Shown: positions 37,242 through 47,851, counted from the first letter of the stretch. The stretch is DNA of 64,000 nt from Abditibacterium sp. (GCA_965199495.1 CBDASK010000003.1:1408001-1472000), one strand, 5' to 3'. Numbers and translations: made by a program. The notes: a model not told the origin generated them from the letters alone.

Positions 37242-38396
37242 TCACGAGCCACGCCACGAAGTCGGCGTAAAAATCTCGGCAAAAGTTTGCGAGGCGAAAC
37301 GGTCGGTCATGCCCGCGATGTAATCGCAGACGCAGCGCGCCAATTGTTCTTGGCTCAAATCGCGCCAATCGCCCGAAGTTGCCGGGCACAAAGTGCCCCG
37401 CATTACGCCGGGATTGTCCATGAAATAATCGAACAAACTGTTGATAACGTGATAAACGCGCGGCTCTTCGTCGGCGGAGTTGACCAAGTAAACATGGTCG
37501 AACATCCAATTTTTCAAGGCATCGGTCGCTTCCATCACGTCGTCGCGCATGGCGATACGCGCGCACTGGCGCTCGCCATTCACGGTTTCGCTCGACGCCT
37601 CGATAATCGCGCCGACCATCGTCGCAATGCGTTGCGCGTGACGCTCGCCTAAAACGTTCAGACATGCGCGCGGCAACTGATTTTGCTCGATAAACCCGGC
37701 GCGTAACGCGTCATCAATGTCGTGGTTGACATAAGCCACGCGGTCGCAGATGCGAATGACCTGGCCTTCGAGCGTCGAGGGTTTGCCGACTTGCAGCCAT
37801 TTATCGAGGGATTCGCCCGCCAATAAATCGGATTTGCCCTTGGAGTGATGCAAAATTCCGTCGCGCACTTCCCACGTCAAATTTAAGCCTTGCCCGCCGT
37901 TTTCCAATTCGTCGAAGATGCGCAGCGAATGTTCATAATGCCGAAAGCGCGCCTTGGAATCGTGGCGCCGATAAGCTGCGTCGAGCGCTTCCTCGCCGAC
38001 GTGGCCATAGGGCGCGTGGCCGACATCGTGGCCCATGCCGATGGCTTCGGTCAAATCTTCGTTCAAACGCAACGCGCGCGCGACGGTGCGCGAAATCTGC
38101 GTGACTTCGAGCGTATGCGTCAGCCTCGTGCGATAATGATCGAATTCGGGCGAGATAAAAACCTGCGTTTTGTGTTTCAGTCGCCGAAACGCTTTGGAGT
38201 GAATAATGCGGTCGCGGTCGCGCTGCCAGTTGGTGCGAATCGGGTCGGGTGAGATGGGTTTTTCGCGGCCTTTGGAGAGCGCCGATTTGGCGGCGTTGGG
38301 GCCGAGCGTGGCGAACTCGCGCGCTTCGAGCATTTGTCGAATATCGCTTAAATCCGCGCGCGGCGCGATGTCGGTGGCGTCGTGGGTGTTGTTCAT
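37242..38396 (-). CDS. dgt: dGTP triphosphohydrolase (short housekeeping type)
   Basis: QRDRDRIIHSKAFRRLKHKTQVF, RTRLTH, HDVGHAPYGH, DYIAGMTD. Confidence 0.93.
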   Translation of the reverse strand: MNNTHDATDIAPRADLSDIRQMLEAREFATLGPNAAKSALSKGREKPISPDPIRTNWQRDRDRIIHSKAFRRLKHKTQVFISPEFDHYRTRLTHTLEVTQISRTVARALRLNEDLTEAIGMGHDVGHAPYGHVGEEALDAAYRRHDSKARFRHYEHSLRIFDELENGGQGLNLTWEVRDGILHHSKGKSDLLAGESLDKWLQVGKPSTLEGQVIRICDRVAYVNHDIDDALRAGFIEQNQLPRACLNVLGERHAQRIATMVGAIIEASSETVNGERQCARIAMRDDVMEATDALKNWMFDHVYLVNSADEEPRVYHVINSLFDYFMDNPGVMRGTLCPATSGDWRDLSQEQLARCVCDYIAGMTDRFASQTFAEIFTPTSWRGS

Positions 38397-38479
38397 AAAA
38401 AACTCTTTTCCCCAAAAGTCATCTTCTCCAGTTTGACGCCGATGCGTTCATACTAAATAGTCTGAAAAAGAAAAACGTG

Positions 38480-38603
38480 CCAGCGAATGAATTCGCGGCT
38501 GGGAGGCATTCTGCCGAGCGTCCCCCTACGGGGACGCAATCGCATCCTGTCCGCGCAGGCGGACTTCCGGCTTTAGCCTCCCAGCCGCGAATTCATTCGC
38601 TGG
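38480..38603. repeat. REPIN-like palindrome (GTCCGCG.AGGCGGAC family)
   Basis: 28-bp perfect arms CCAGCGAATGAATTCGCGGCTGGGAGGC plus internal hairpins; related to 49218. Confidence 0.85.
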
Positions 38604-38659
38604 TTTGAATTTTATCGCTTTTCTTTGTTTCGATTAATTAACAATAGAGCCTTCTCCCG

Positions 38660-39538
38660 ATGAAACGTTTTTCCCCGCTCTTGTTGTGCGCGCTGCCGTT
38701 AATTTTATCGGTCAAACCGGCGCGCGCGTGGTGGCCGCAGGGCCACTCCATTATCGCGGCGGGTGCTGTCGCGGCGTTGCCCGATGATGTTCCGATTTGG
38801 TTTCGCGCCGGAGCCGGGCAAATCGCGCACGATGCGCAAGACCCCGATTTGCAAAAAAACAGCGCGCTGCCGATTATGACCGAGCGCGAATATCCGCAGC
38901 ATTTCTTCGACTGGGAATTGGTCGGCATGGAGAAATTGCCGCCAACGCGTCGCGCGTTCTACGCCGATTGCGCCAAACGCGGCGTCAACCCGTTCGATGT
39001 CGGCGAATTGCCCTACTCGCTCGCCGAATGGACGGGGCGCCTGACGATGGATTTCGCCGAAGCGCGCGCCTATCCCGGCAACGCTTATGTGCAAACCAAA
39101 ACTTTGGTGACCGCCGGAATTTTGAGCCATTATAGCGGCGACGCCACCATGCCGCTCCACGTCACCAACGATTTCGATGGCCACGTAAAACCGGACGGTT
39201 CGTCGCCCAAAACCGGCATTCACGCGCGCGTAGATTCGCTTATCGAAAAATTGGAGTTGACGCCGCAACAGTTAGCACAAAATCAAACTATCGAGCCGTT
39301 GCCCAATTTATGGCCCGGCATCGAAGCGCAGATGCGCGAGACTTACAGCCACGTCGGCCAAACCTACGATTTAGAAAGTCAGTTGCCGCTCGAAACTGGC
39401 GATTATAAACCAACGCCCGCCGTGCAAGCGTTCGCGCTCGAACGCGGACGGGCGGCGTCGCGTTTTACGGCGCAACTGTTTTTGACAGCATGGCGCGATT
39501 CGGCTGTGATCAAGTTGCCGGCGTGGCTCAAACGTTAA
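38660..39538 (+). CDS. Secreted S1/P1 nuclease / phospholipase C-fold protein
   Basis: ARA|WWPQGH, HYSGDATMPLH, IHARVD zinc ligands. Confidence 0.8.
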   Translation: MKRFSPLLLCALPLILSVKPARAWWPQGHSIIAAGAVAALPDDVPIWFRAGAGQIAHDAQDPDLQKNSALPIMTEREYPQHFFDWELVGMEKLPPTRRAFYADCAKRGVNPFDVGELPYSLAEWTGRLTMDFAEARAYPGNAYVQTKTLVTAGILSHYSGDATMPLHVTNDFDGHVKPDGSSPKTGIHARVDSLIEKLELTPQQLAQNQTIEPLPNLWPGIEAQMRETYSHVGQTYDLESQLPLETGDYKPTPAVQAFALERGRAASRFTAQLFLTAWRDSAVIKLPAWLKR

Positions 39539-39548
39539 TGGGTTTGCT

Positions 39549-40361
39549 TTAATTCCGTTCGCGTCGCGCCCAAACCAGCCAAATGCCCCACGCCGCGCTT
39601 TGCGGCTCCGGCTCGCAAACGACGGTAAAGCCCTGCGCGCGCAGCAAATTTTCGACTTGGTTGACGCGTCCATTTTCGTCGTGAACTTCGGCGACGACCT
39701 GGCGAATGCACGGCCAATCGCGCGCGCTGATGCCGCGCAAAACGTCCCATTCGGCGCCTTCGACATCAATTTTGAGCAAGTCAACTTTCTCGATTTGCAG
39801 CGCGTGAACGATGCGGCTGAGCGTTTCGACGCGGCAACTGACTGGACGTGGCTGCATAAAAACGCGCACCATTCCCGCGACCAAAGCGTTGCGCAACCAA
39901 TGCGGCGCGCGGCGAAACCAACCGAAGCGCGGCGCGAGTTGCGCATCGTCCAAAACGGCCATCGCGCCCGACGCGGCATGGTTGCCGATCCATTCGGGAA
40001 AACGCGTCGAAAGCGCACTCATCCAGCGAAAATAAGCGAATTGCGCCACGCCCGCTTCGCCGCCCAAAGCCAAATTATGCGCGCGGATTTTATCGTCGCC
40101 AAACGCGCGCGCGTTGGCTTGTAAAGCGGCGAAAGTCGCGGGCATCGGCTCGAACGCCTGAACGTGGGCGCCGCGCCGCGCCGCTTCGAGCGAAAACAAA
40201 CCGATGTTGGCGCCAATATCCACCACGCAATCGCCGTCTTCGATGGAGATTCCGTGTCGCAGATACAGCTCGATTTGACCAGCCACGCCGCGCACTTCCT
40301 CGCGATTCGTGCAATAAATTAAGCGGCCATCGGGCGCAACGACGCGGGAAAGTTTGGGCAT
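39549..40361 (-). CDS. FkbM family methyltransferase
   Basis: VVDIGANIGLF, AFEP, LLKIDVEGAE. Confidence 0.9.
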   Translation of the reverse strand: MPKLSRVVAPDGRLIYCTNREEVRGVAGQIELYLRHGISIEDGDCVVDIGANIGLFSLEAARRGAHVQAFEPMPATFAALQANARAFGDDKIRAHNLALGGEAGVAQFAYFRWMSALSTRFPEWIGNHAASGAMAVLDDAQLAPRFGWFRRAPHWLRNALVAGMVRVFMQPRPVSCRVETLSRIVHALQIEKVDLLKIDVEGAEWDVLRGISARDWPCIRQVVAEVHDENGRVNQVENLLRAQGFTVVCEPEPQSAAWGIWLVWARRERN

Positions 40362-40368
40362 ATTTGGG

Positions 40369-40565
40369 TTTTGAGGTAATTGCGACGCCTCGCACCCCCT
40401 CTGTCCTTCGGACATCTCCCCCTCCGAAAGGGGGAGAGGCAGCTTTACCCTCGACATCGCCAGAACGAATGCAAATAATGAACGGTGAATGCGCACTCTC
40501 CCCCTTTCGGAGGGGGAGATGTCCGAAGGACAGAGGGGGTGCGAGGCGTCGCAATTACCTCAAAA
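40369..40565. repeat. Palindrome with 70-bp arms (CCCCTCCG..AGGGG family)
   Basis: 40369-40438 is the reverse complement of 40496-40565. Confidence 0.9.
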
Positions 40566-40600
40566 ATTACAAGTATTAAAACAAACGTGTTCCTAAAAAT

Positions 40601-41851
40601 TTAATCGTTATGTTCCAAAACCCAGCGACGCAATAAATCAATTGCCGTCAGCGCGGCGCGTTTGCGGATCGCGTCGCGGTCGCCGTGAAACTGTTTCTTC
40701 ACCACTTCGACGCCGCCCGGATGCGCCAGACCAATATAAACCGTGCCGACGGGATTGTCGGTTGCCGGGTCGGGGCCAGCTTCGCCGGTCGTGGAAAGTC
40801 CGTAAGTGGCATTCATCGCTTTTTGAACGCCGGTCGCCATTTGCGCGGCGATTTGTTCGGAAACCACGGTATATTTTTCGATGTCCGCCGCGCTGACGCC
40901 CAAAACTTCTTCTTTGATAAACGGCGAATAAGCCACGACGCCGCCCAGAAAAACCGCGCTGCAACCGGTCGCCTCGGTCATTGAGGAACCCAGCCAACCG
41001 CCAGTCAACGACTCAGCCACGGCGACCGTCGAGGAGCGCGCGCTGAGCATATCCACCAAAACCTGCGGCAAATGTTGGTCGTCGCGCCCGAAGATTTTGT
41101 CGCCGACGCGCTCGCGCACGCGGTCTTCCATCGCGTCCAAAAGTTGCGTCGCTTCGGCCTCGTCGCGGGCTTTGGCTGTCATGCGCAGATGCACTTCGGT
41201 GTTGCCGAAAATTAGCGGCGCCACGGTCGGATTGGTCGCCGTTGTCAAAATATCTTCGACCTCATCGGCCAACTGCGATTCGCCCACGCCAAAAGTGCGC
41301 AGCACGCGCGAGACGATAATCATGCGCTCGCCGCCGATTTTTTCCAATAATGTCGGGATAATCGTCGCGCTCATCATCGCGCGCATTTCGCGCGGCACGC
41401 CCGGCACGGCGAAGATGAGTTTGCCGTCTTGGTCATACAAAACGCCGGGCGCCGTGCCCGCCGGATTGTCGAACGCCCGCGCCGTGGCTGGGATGTAGGC
41501 CTGACGCAAAAACGTTTCCTGCATCGGAATCTCGCGGCCCGCGAAAAAAGTGCGCAGAGTTTCGGCCAAATTCTCGTGAAATTCGAGTTCGACGCCCAAC
41601 GCGGCGGCGATGCCTTCGCGCGTCAAATCGTCGGTCGTCGGGCCAAGCCCGCCGGTGATAATGAGAACATCGGCGCGAGATAACGCGCCTTGGATGCAAT
41701 CGGTGATGCGATCCAAATTGTCGCCGACGGTCTGTTTTCGGTGAAGGTCAACGCCCGCTCGTGCGAGTTCTTGGGCGATATAAACGGCGTTGGTGTCGGT
41801 GATTTGTCCCAGCAAAAGCTCGGAGCCGACACAAAGTATTTCTGCGCGCAT
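40601..41851 (-). CDS. cinA: Competence/damage-inducible protein CinA (MoCF-like + PncC)
   Basis: GSELLLGQITDTN, TGGLGPTTDD, AESLTGG, TGEAGP. Confidence 0.95.
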   Translation of the reverse strand: MRAEILCVGSELLLGQITDTNAVYIAQELARAGVDLHRKQTVGDNLDRITDCIQGALSRADVLIITGGLGPTTDDLTREGIAAALGVELEFHENLAETLRTFFAGREIPMQETFLRQAYIPATARAFDNPAGTAPGVLYDQDGKLIFAVPGVPREMRAMMSATIIPTLLEKIGGERMIIVSRVLRTFGVGESQLADEVEDILTTATNPTVAPLIFGNTEVHLRMTAKARDEAEATQLLDAMEDRVRERVGDKIFGRDDQHLPQVLVDMLSARSSTVAVAESLTGGWLGSSMTEATGCSAVFLGGVVAYSPFIKEEVLGVSAADIEKYTVVSEQIAAQMATGVQKAMNATYGLSTTGEAGPDPATDNPVGTVYIGLAHPGGVEVVKKQFHGDRDAIRKRAALTAIDLLRRWVLEHND

Positions 41852-41946
41852 AAATTTGAGATGACCAGTCTAAGCGTTTTGCGCGCCAAAGTTGTTTTGG
41901 ATTTTGGGATAAGCCACCGAGGACGAAGAGAACACAAAGGATTACC

Positions 41947-42112
41947 ATAGTTGCGCTCGCGTTGTCATTTCGAGCGAAGCCGAGAAATCTTACGCCCGCG
42001 CGGCAGCGCAGAGAATGCGAGAGCTTGAACGTAAGATTTTCTCCAACTTGCGCTGCCGTGCGGGCGTAAGATTTCTCGGCTTCGCTCGAAATGACAACGC
42101 GAGCGCAACTAT
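41947..42112. repeat. Palindrome of the GTCATTTCGAGCGAAGCCGAGAAATCT family
   Basis: 41947-42010 is complementary to 42049-42112 (1 mismatch seen). Confidence 0.9.
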
Positions 42113-42158
42113 TGCCCTTGGTGTCTCTACAAAATTTGCAACCGATAAACTAAAAGCC

Positions 42159-43295
42159 GTGCCCGGAATTTACGTTCATATCCCGTTTTGCGCGCGGCGT
42201 TGCCCCTACTGCGATTTCGCCGTAACGATAAACTCGCGCGCCGATTTTCGGGCGGCTTACGTTGCGGCGCTCACGCGCGAGCTGCAAAACGAATTGAACG
42301 CGCGCGATTGCACGTTCGACACGGTATTTTTCGGCGGCGGCACGCCGACCGAACTCGACGTGGCTGCATTGAACGGCTTGCTTCAAACCATTCGCGAAAG
42401 CGGCAAATTGGCGAGCGATGCCGAAGTTGCGCTCGAAGCCAATCCCGAAAATCTCGATTTCGATTATTTGAGCGAACTCAAAAACGGCGGTTGGAATCGT
42501 CTGTCGCTGGGCGCGCAGAGTTTTTCGATTCAAGCGTTGGAAAAGTTTGGGCGCGCGCACGCTCCCGAAAAAATTGACGAAGTCGTCGCAGCGGCGCGCG
42601 CGGCGGGCTTCACTAACATTTCGCTCGACTTGATTTATGGCGAAGGTTTTACGTCGTTGCCCGCGTGGCGCGAAACGTTGCGGCGCGCTTTGGCGCTCGA
42701 TGTCGAGCATTTGTCGTGTTATTCGCTGACGATTGAATCGGGCACGCACTTCGGCACTTTGGCGGCGCGCGGATTGTTGAAAGTTCCGACCGATGACGCG
42801 CAGGCCGATTTGATGGAGGCAGCGACGCAAATGTTGGGCGCGGCGGGTTTGGAGCGTTACGAGGTTTCTAATTGGGCGAAACCGGGTTTCGAGTGCCGCC
42901 ATAATTTGAATTATTGGCGCGGCGGCGATTATCTGGCGGCGGGTTGCGGCGCGCACGGTCACTGGGGCGGCACGCGTTGGTGGAATGTCCGCGATGCCAA
43001 AAATTATATCGCGCGCATGAACCAAAGCGGAAGCGCGCGCGAGGGCGAAGAAAATTTGGATGCGCGCGAGCGTTTGAGCGAATATATTGCTTTGGGCGTG
43101 CGGTTGCGCGAGGGTTTCGATTTGGACGAACTGGACGTGCGATTGGGTTTGGACGCGCGCGCGCTACTTGGCGACGGTTTAGTGTTTCTAAGCCAAGCGG
43201 GCGCCCTTCAACAAGACGGCGCAAAAGTGCGCCCGGCGCCCGACGCGATGGCCATTGCCGATGGCATGGCGCTGCGACTGCTCCGCGAAATTTAA
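42159..43295 (+). CDS. hemW: Radical SAM heme chaperone HemW
   Basis: YVHIPFC, CARRCPYC, GGGTP, YEVSNW, HNLNYW. Confidence 0.93.
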   Translation: MPGIYVHIPFCARRCPYCDFAVTINSRADFRAAYVAALTRELQNELNARDCTFDTVFFGGGTPTELDVAALNGLLQTIRESGKLASDAEVALEANPENLDFDYLSELKNGGWNRLSLGAQSFSIQALEKFGRAHAPEKIDEVVAAARAAGFTNISLDLIYGEGFTSLPAWRETLRRALALDVEHLSCYSLTIESGTHFGTLAARGLLKVPTDDAQADLMEAATQMLGAAGLERYEVSNWAKPGFECRHNLNYWRGGDYLAAGCGAHGHWGGTRWWNVRDAKNYIARMNQSGSAREGEENLDARERLSEYIALGVRLREGFDLDELDVRLGLDARALLGDGLVFLSQAGALQQDGAKVRPAPDAMAIADGMALRLLREI

Positions 43296-43370
43296 TTTGG
43301 AAGTCGAGGGTCGGCAGACGTTTTACTGGCTCCTGACTTATTGCTCTCAACTTCTTATACTCCTATAAGC

Positions 43371-44957
43371 ATGAACATCACAAACCTCAGGGCACTCACC
43401 GGATTGACGTTGGTTGCAGCGGGAATCGCGATTCCCAATGCGCGTGCGCAAAGCCCACGCACGGTTTATCTTTACAATGCTTCGTTGGGAACATCTACGG
43501 CGAGTGTGGCGAGCGCCAAAACCGCGTCCTGGGGTAACGGCGAAATCAAAGCCACGCGCCAACCCGTCCAATATGAAGGCGCCAGCGTGTTGCAAGTCAC
43601 CACGCGCAACTTCGCCGAGGGCGCGCGCTTCGATCTGAAAACGCCCATCAACATTGATTCGTATATCGAAAAAGGTTTCGTTCGTCTGCGCCTGAAATTC
43701 GCCACCGATACCTCGTTCGCGGGCGGCTTCCCCGGACAAGGCGGCGGTTTTCCGGGCGGCCCCGGCGGTGGCGGCTTTCCCGGTGGCGGTGGTGGTTTCC
43801 CCGGTGGCGGATTTCCCGGTGGCGGCGGTGGCTTCGACCCGCGTGGTGGCGGCGGCTTTCAGGGCGGCGGCTTTCGCGGCAACGGATTGATGACGCCGCG
43901 CACGCAGGCCAACGCGCAGTTTGGCGCGCCCGGCGCGTTGCCACCGATAGGCGGTGGACAGGGGTTCGACCCGCGCGGCGGCGGCTTTGATCCACGCGGC
44001 GGCGGCTTTCCCGGTGGCCCCAGTGGAGGGTTTCCCGGCGGAGATGGATTGGACGGCGGCTTTTCTGGCTTTCCAACGGGGCCAGCGCCACAAAAGACCG
44101 ACATCACCGATTTGCGCGTGACGTTGGTGCGCGAGAACGGAGCGTTGGTCGGCAACATTCCCATAGATTTGGAGAAAACGACGCCCGACGATGGCGGTTG
44201 GCGCTTGTTCGTGTTGCCGATTAGCCAAATGAAGGCGACGCCCGGCAGCAGTGGCGCGGTTTCTCGCGTCGTGCTGACCAGCGATGAGGAAGACACCTTT
44301 TTCATGGCGCAGGCCGCGCTGGTGATCGAAACCGGCAAAATGGAAGTCTCCATTCGCTCAGCCGATTCCCCCGAAGGCTCGCAGGTGGCCGAGGTCACCG
44401 TCAAACCGGGGCCAGTCACGCTCATCGCCGATGTCGAAGCGGGCGCCGCCGACCCGCAGGTCGAATGGAATTTCGACGCCGATAACGTCGGCAACTTCGC
44501 TCCGCCCACACCGCCCGGTGGTTTCCCCGGCGGATTCCCCGGTGGCCCCGAAGGCGGCGGATTCGACCCACGAGGCGGTGGCGGATTTCCCGGTGCTGGC
44601 GGTGGCTTCGACCCACGCGGCGGCGGTGGTGGATTCGACCCACGCGGTGGCGGCGGTTTTCCGGGCGGTGGCGGATTTCCCGGCGCTGGCGGTTTCGACC
44701 CACGCGGCGGCGGTGGCGGTTTCCCCGGCGCTGGCGGTTTTCCGGGCGGTGGCGGTGGCTTTCCCGGCGGGCCGGGCGGCTTTGGCCCCGATGGTACGCC
44801 CATAGCGCTGGGGCCGCGCGTGGATGCGCGTGGTTTGACGGCGACGTTCACTTATCCCAACGAAGAGCAGAATTATCGGGTGGAAGTCAAAGTGACCGAT
44901 AAAAGCGGCAAGAAAGATCCAGTGACTTCATCAATCATCGTGAAAGTGCGTAATTAA
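43371..44957 (+). CDS. Secreted protein with two Gly/Phe/Pro-rich repeat tracts and a split PKD-like domain
   Basis: Signal peptide; GGFPG and GFDPRGG repeats; VEWNFDAD...ATFTYP..YRVEVKVTD. Confidence 0.75.
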   Translation: MNITNLRALTGLTLVAAGIAIPNARAQSPRTVYLYNASLGTSTASVASAKTASWGNGEIKATRQPVQYEGASVLQVTTRNFAEGARFDLKTPINIDSYIEKGFVRLRLKFATDTSFAGGFPGQGGGFPGGPGGGGFPGGGGGFPGGGFPGGGGGFDPRGGGGFQGGGFRGNGLMTPRTQANAQFGAPGALPPIGGGQGFDPRGGGFDPRGGGFPGGPSGGFPGGDGLDGGFSGFPTGPAPQKTDITDLRVTLVRENGALVGNIPIDLEKTTPDDGGWRLFVLPISQMKATPGSSGAVSRVVLTSDEEDTFFMAQAALVIETGKMEVSIRSADSPEGSQVAEVTVKPGPVTLIADVEAGAADPQVEWNFDADNVGNFAPPTPPGGFPGGFPGGPEGGGFDPRGGGGFPGAGGGFDPRGGGGGFDPRGGGGFPGGGGFPGAGGFDPRGGGGGFPGAGGFPGGGGGFPGGPGGFGPDGTPIALGPRVDARGLTATFTYPNEEQNYRVEVKVTDKSGKKDPVTSSIIVKVRN

Positions 44958-45048
44958 ACCAGCGATGCCAGCTCAATTCCACAAGTTCTCGCGCGAGTCG
45001 GAGCTTGTGGAATTTTTTCTATCGAATTGTCGATTTCTCACTTTTTCA

Positions 45049-45906
45049 ATGAACAGCTGCGCAACTTTAGAAAATCCCATTGAAATTAGCGGCGTGGGTT
45101 TACATAGCGGACAATCGGTCAATGTGACTTTGCGGCCCAGCGCACGAGCTGGCATTGTGTTCGCGCGCGTTGATTTGCCCGGCACGCCGCAGGTCGAAGC
45201 CAGTTGGCGTAACGTCACCACAACCACGCACGCGACGACGCTGCAACAGAGCCACGCCAGCGTGATGACGACCGAACATCTGTTGGCCGCGCTGTGGGCG
45301 GGCGGCGTTACGCATTGTCGCGTCGAACTCGACGCGCCCGAAGTGCCGATTCTCGACGGCAGTGCAAAACTGTGGTGCGAGGCGATTGAACGCGCGGGCG
45401 TGCGCCCATTGGACGAAGCGCGCCCGACATTAACCCTGCGCGAACCCGTCTGGATCGCACAGGGAGAAACTTCGGTTTTCGCTCTCCCCTGTTCAGACTT
45501 TCGCGTTTCAGTCGCCGTAAATTTCGATGTCGCCCACGCGGGTGCGCAGGTTTTCGACGCATGGATTTCGCCCCAAACCTTCGCGGAAGCCATCGCCGAT
45601 GCGCGCACTTTTACCTTACAAAGTTGGATCGAGCCGTTGCAAAAAGCGGGTTTGATTCGCGGTGGCTCGCTCGACAACGCGATTCTCATTGACGATAACG
45701 GTTGGTCATCGCCACCGCGTTTTTCCAACGAGTTGGCGCGCCACAAAGCGCTCGATTTGGTTGGCGATCTGGCGTTACTGTTTGGCCCGGCGCGATTTTG
45801 TGGACATATCATAGCCACGCGTGCCGGACATGGCGCGCACCGATTGTGGATGGAAGAGTGCCGCCGCAAAAACGCCTTGGTAACAGCACAAAAACACTTT
45901 AGTTGA
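45049..45906 (+). CDS. lpxC: UDP-3-O-acyl-N-acetylglucosamine deacetylase
   Basis: GVGLHSG, TEHLLAAL, EVPILDGS, ARTF, HKALDLVGDL, AGH. Confidence 0.95.
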   Translation: MNSCATLENPIEISGVGLHSGQSVNVTLRPSARAGIVFARVDLPGTPQVEASWRNVTTTTHATTLQQSHASVMTTEHLLAALWAGGVTHCRVELDAPEVPILDGSAKLWCEAIERAGVRPLDEARPTLTLREPVWIAQGETSVFALPCSDFRVSVAVNFDVAHAGAQVFDAWISPQTFAEAIADARTFTLQSWIEPLQKAGLIRGGSLDNAILIDDNGWSSPPRFSNELARHKALDLVGDLALLFGPARFCGHIIATRAGHGAHRLWMEECRRKNALVTAQKHFS

Positions 45907-46084
45907 CAGATTTATTCTGTTAGACTATAGCAATACGTGCGATAATTAATGAAGCAGACGCCCTCGATTGCCAGTCTTCTATAATTATCTTAACCTTTCG
46001 GCTGTTTCAAAAGTGAGTTGCGCGGGTATAATTAAGGCGAGCCTTCGCAATTTTCCCAATTTCTCCGCGCGCTCTTTCGTTATT

Positions 46085-46759
46085 ATGTATTCCTTTCTCC
46101 CGAATTCCACTCCCCTTAAACGCGAGCGGAACGCTTTCACCCTTATAGAGCTGCTCGTGGTGATCGCCATAATCGCCATCCTTGCCGCCATTTTGTTCCC
46201 CGTCTTCGCCCGCGCCCGTGAAAATGCGCGCCGTAGCTCCTGCCAATCCAATCTCAGGCAAATCGGTTTGGGCATGATGCAATATACGCAGGATTATGAC
46301 GAGAAGTTTGTGACCCAAACCATCGATCCTACGGTGCCAACCAACTTTTTGTTTTTCGGCAATCAATTGCAGCCCTACCTCAAAAGCACGCAGATTTTCG
46401 TGTGTCCTTCCGCAAGCGGTTCGGAGTATTCATTGGCCAATCCCGGAACCGCTCCAACAGATGGAAAAGACCATGTTTGGACGGCACCAGCAGGTTCTAA
46501 CATCCCCATGAGTCCAATGAAAGGAACCTATGGTTTGAGTTCCATTGTGGATGGCTCTTCTTTGGCGGAGATTACGGTTCCCGTCAAGACGCCAATGTTT
46601 ATGGAAGCAACGGATATTTCAGCCGTTGGCGGCGCGACTCCGCAGATTCGCAATGCTCGCCGCCACTTTGACGGCAGCAACTTTTGTTTTGTCGATGGCC
46701 ATGTGAAATTTCAAACGGACGCACAAAGCTACGTCATGGATTTCTTCCCGACTTCTTAA
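46085..46759 (+). CDS. DUF1559 prepilin-type N-terminal cleavage / H-X9-DG protein
   Basis: [57 protein letters not shown]. Confidence 0.93.
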   Translation: MYSFLPNSTPLKRERNAFTLIELLVVIAIIAILAAILFPVFARARENARRSSCQSNLRQIGLGMMQYTQDYDEKFVTQTIDPTVPTNFLFFGNQLQPYLKSTQIFVCPSASGSEYSLANPGTAPTDGKDHVWTAPAGSNIPMSPMKGTYGLSSIVDGSSLAEITVPVKTPMFMEATDISAVGGATPQIRNARRHFDGSNFCFVDGHVKFQTDAQSYVMDFFPTS

Positions 46760-46774
46760 ATAGCCCGACCCAAG

Positions 46775-46807
46775 AAAACGCCGCCCAAATTTTGGGCGGC
46801 GTTTTTT
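46775..46807 (+). terminator. Intrinsic terminator
   Basis: AAAACGCCGCCCAAA-TTTGGGCGGCGTTTTTT. Confidence 0.8.
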
Positions 46808-46845
46808 GACACGCGTTTGCGCGCCATGAAGTAAAATTTTAGGTC

Positions 46846-47607
46846 ATGGCTTACGGCGAATTTCATTATTTTTCTTCCGCGCTGGGCAAGGCAGCCACCT
46901 GCAACGTCATCTTCCCCGAAGAGACCGACTCGCCCGGCCCCTACCCGGTTTATTATCTGTTGCACGGCCTGAGCGACGATTACTCGGCGTGGCAACGGCG
47001 CACCTCCATCGAGCGTTACGTTCAAACTTTGCCGCTCATCGTCGTGATGCCCGACGGCGGGCGTGGCTGGTATTCCAACGCGCACGCGGGCGCCAAATAC
47101 GAAGACGCGATAATTAACGATTGCATTGGTTTCATTGACCGCACTTTCCACACCGATGCGCGACGCGAGGCGCGCGCGATTGGCGGGCTTTCGATGGGCG
47201 GTTACGGTGCGCTAAAACTGGCGCTGCAACATCCCGATAAATTTATCAGCGCCAACGGACATTCAGGTGCCTACGGATTTGGCCACGCGCAGTGGCGCAA
47301 CGAAGAAAGCGAATTTAGTCGGATTATCGGGCCGCAACCAAGCGGCGGGCCGCTCGATTTATGGAAAATAGCCGCCGATTGCGCGCCCGAAAATCGCCCG
47401 GCATTGCGCATTGACTGCGGCACCAGCGATTTTCTCATCGAATCGAATCGTGAGTTTCACGGGCACCTGAACGATTTAGGTATCGTTCACGATTATGAGG
47501 AGTTTCCCGGCGCCCACGATTGGGCGTATTGGGACAAGCACGTTCAAAGCGCGCTGCGTTTTCACGCGCGCCATCTGGGCATTTCTAAGCCGCGCGTGCG
47601 CGGGTGA
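46846..47607 (+). CDS. Alpha/beta-hydrolase esterase
   Basis: YLLHG, GLSMGG, GTSDFL, GAHDWAYW. Confidence 0.9.
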   Translation: MAYGEFHYFSSALGKAATCNVIFPEETDSPGPYPVYYLLHGLSDDYSAWQRRTSIERYVQTLPLIVVMPDGGRGWYSNAHAGAKYEDAIINDCIGFIDRTFHTDARREARAIGGLSMGGYGALKLALQHPDKFISANGHSGAYGFGHAQWRNEESEFSRIIGPQPSGGPLDLWKIAADCAPENRPALRIDCGTSDFLIESNREFHGHLNDLGIVHDYEEFPGAHDWAYWDKHVQSALRFHARHLGISKPRVRG

Positions 47608-47658
47608 TTACTCCGATTTTACTGGAGTTATTGTCGGAGTATTCTTTGCAAATGCACG

Positions 47659-47825
47659 AATGCACCGTTCTGCGGGGCTGACGCCCTCTTCCAATCGGCG
47701 GTCTCTTCGAGGAACTTAGCCGATTGGAAGATTGTATCGCCTTACGAGCAGCATGAACGAGACTGCCCGCTCTCCGAAGAGACCGCCGATTGGAAGAGGG
47801 CGTCAGCCCCGCAGAACGGTGCATT
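47659..47825. repeat. Palindrome with 51-bp arms
   Basis: 47659-47709 is the reverse complement of 47775-47825. Confidence 0.88.
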
Positions 47826-47851
47826 GGTCAGAAAATATTGTGAATAGGCGT

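Noticed and set aside
43859..44851. 330-aa Pro-rich ORF on the minus strand
   Set aside because: Antisense shadow of the Gly-rich gene
47585..47824. ORFs MHRSAGLTPSSNRRSL... in both directions
   Set aside because: Palindrome-derived; no coding evidence
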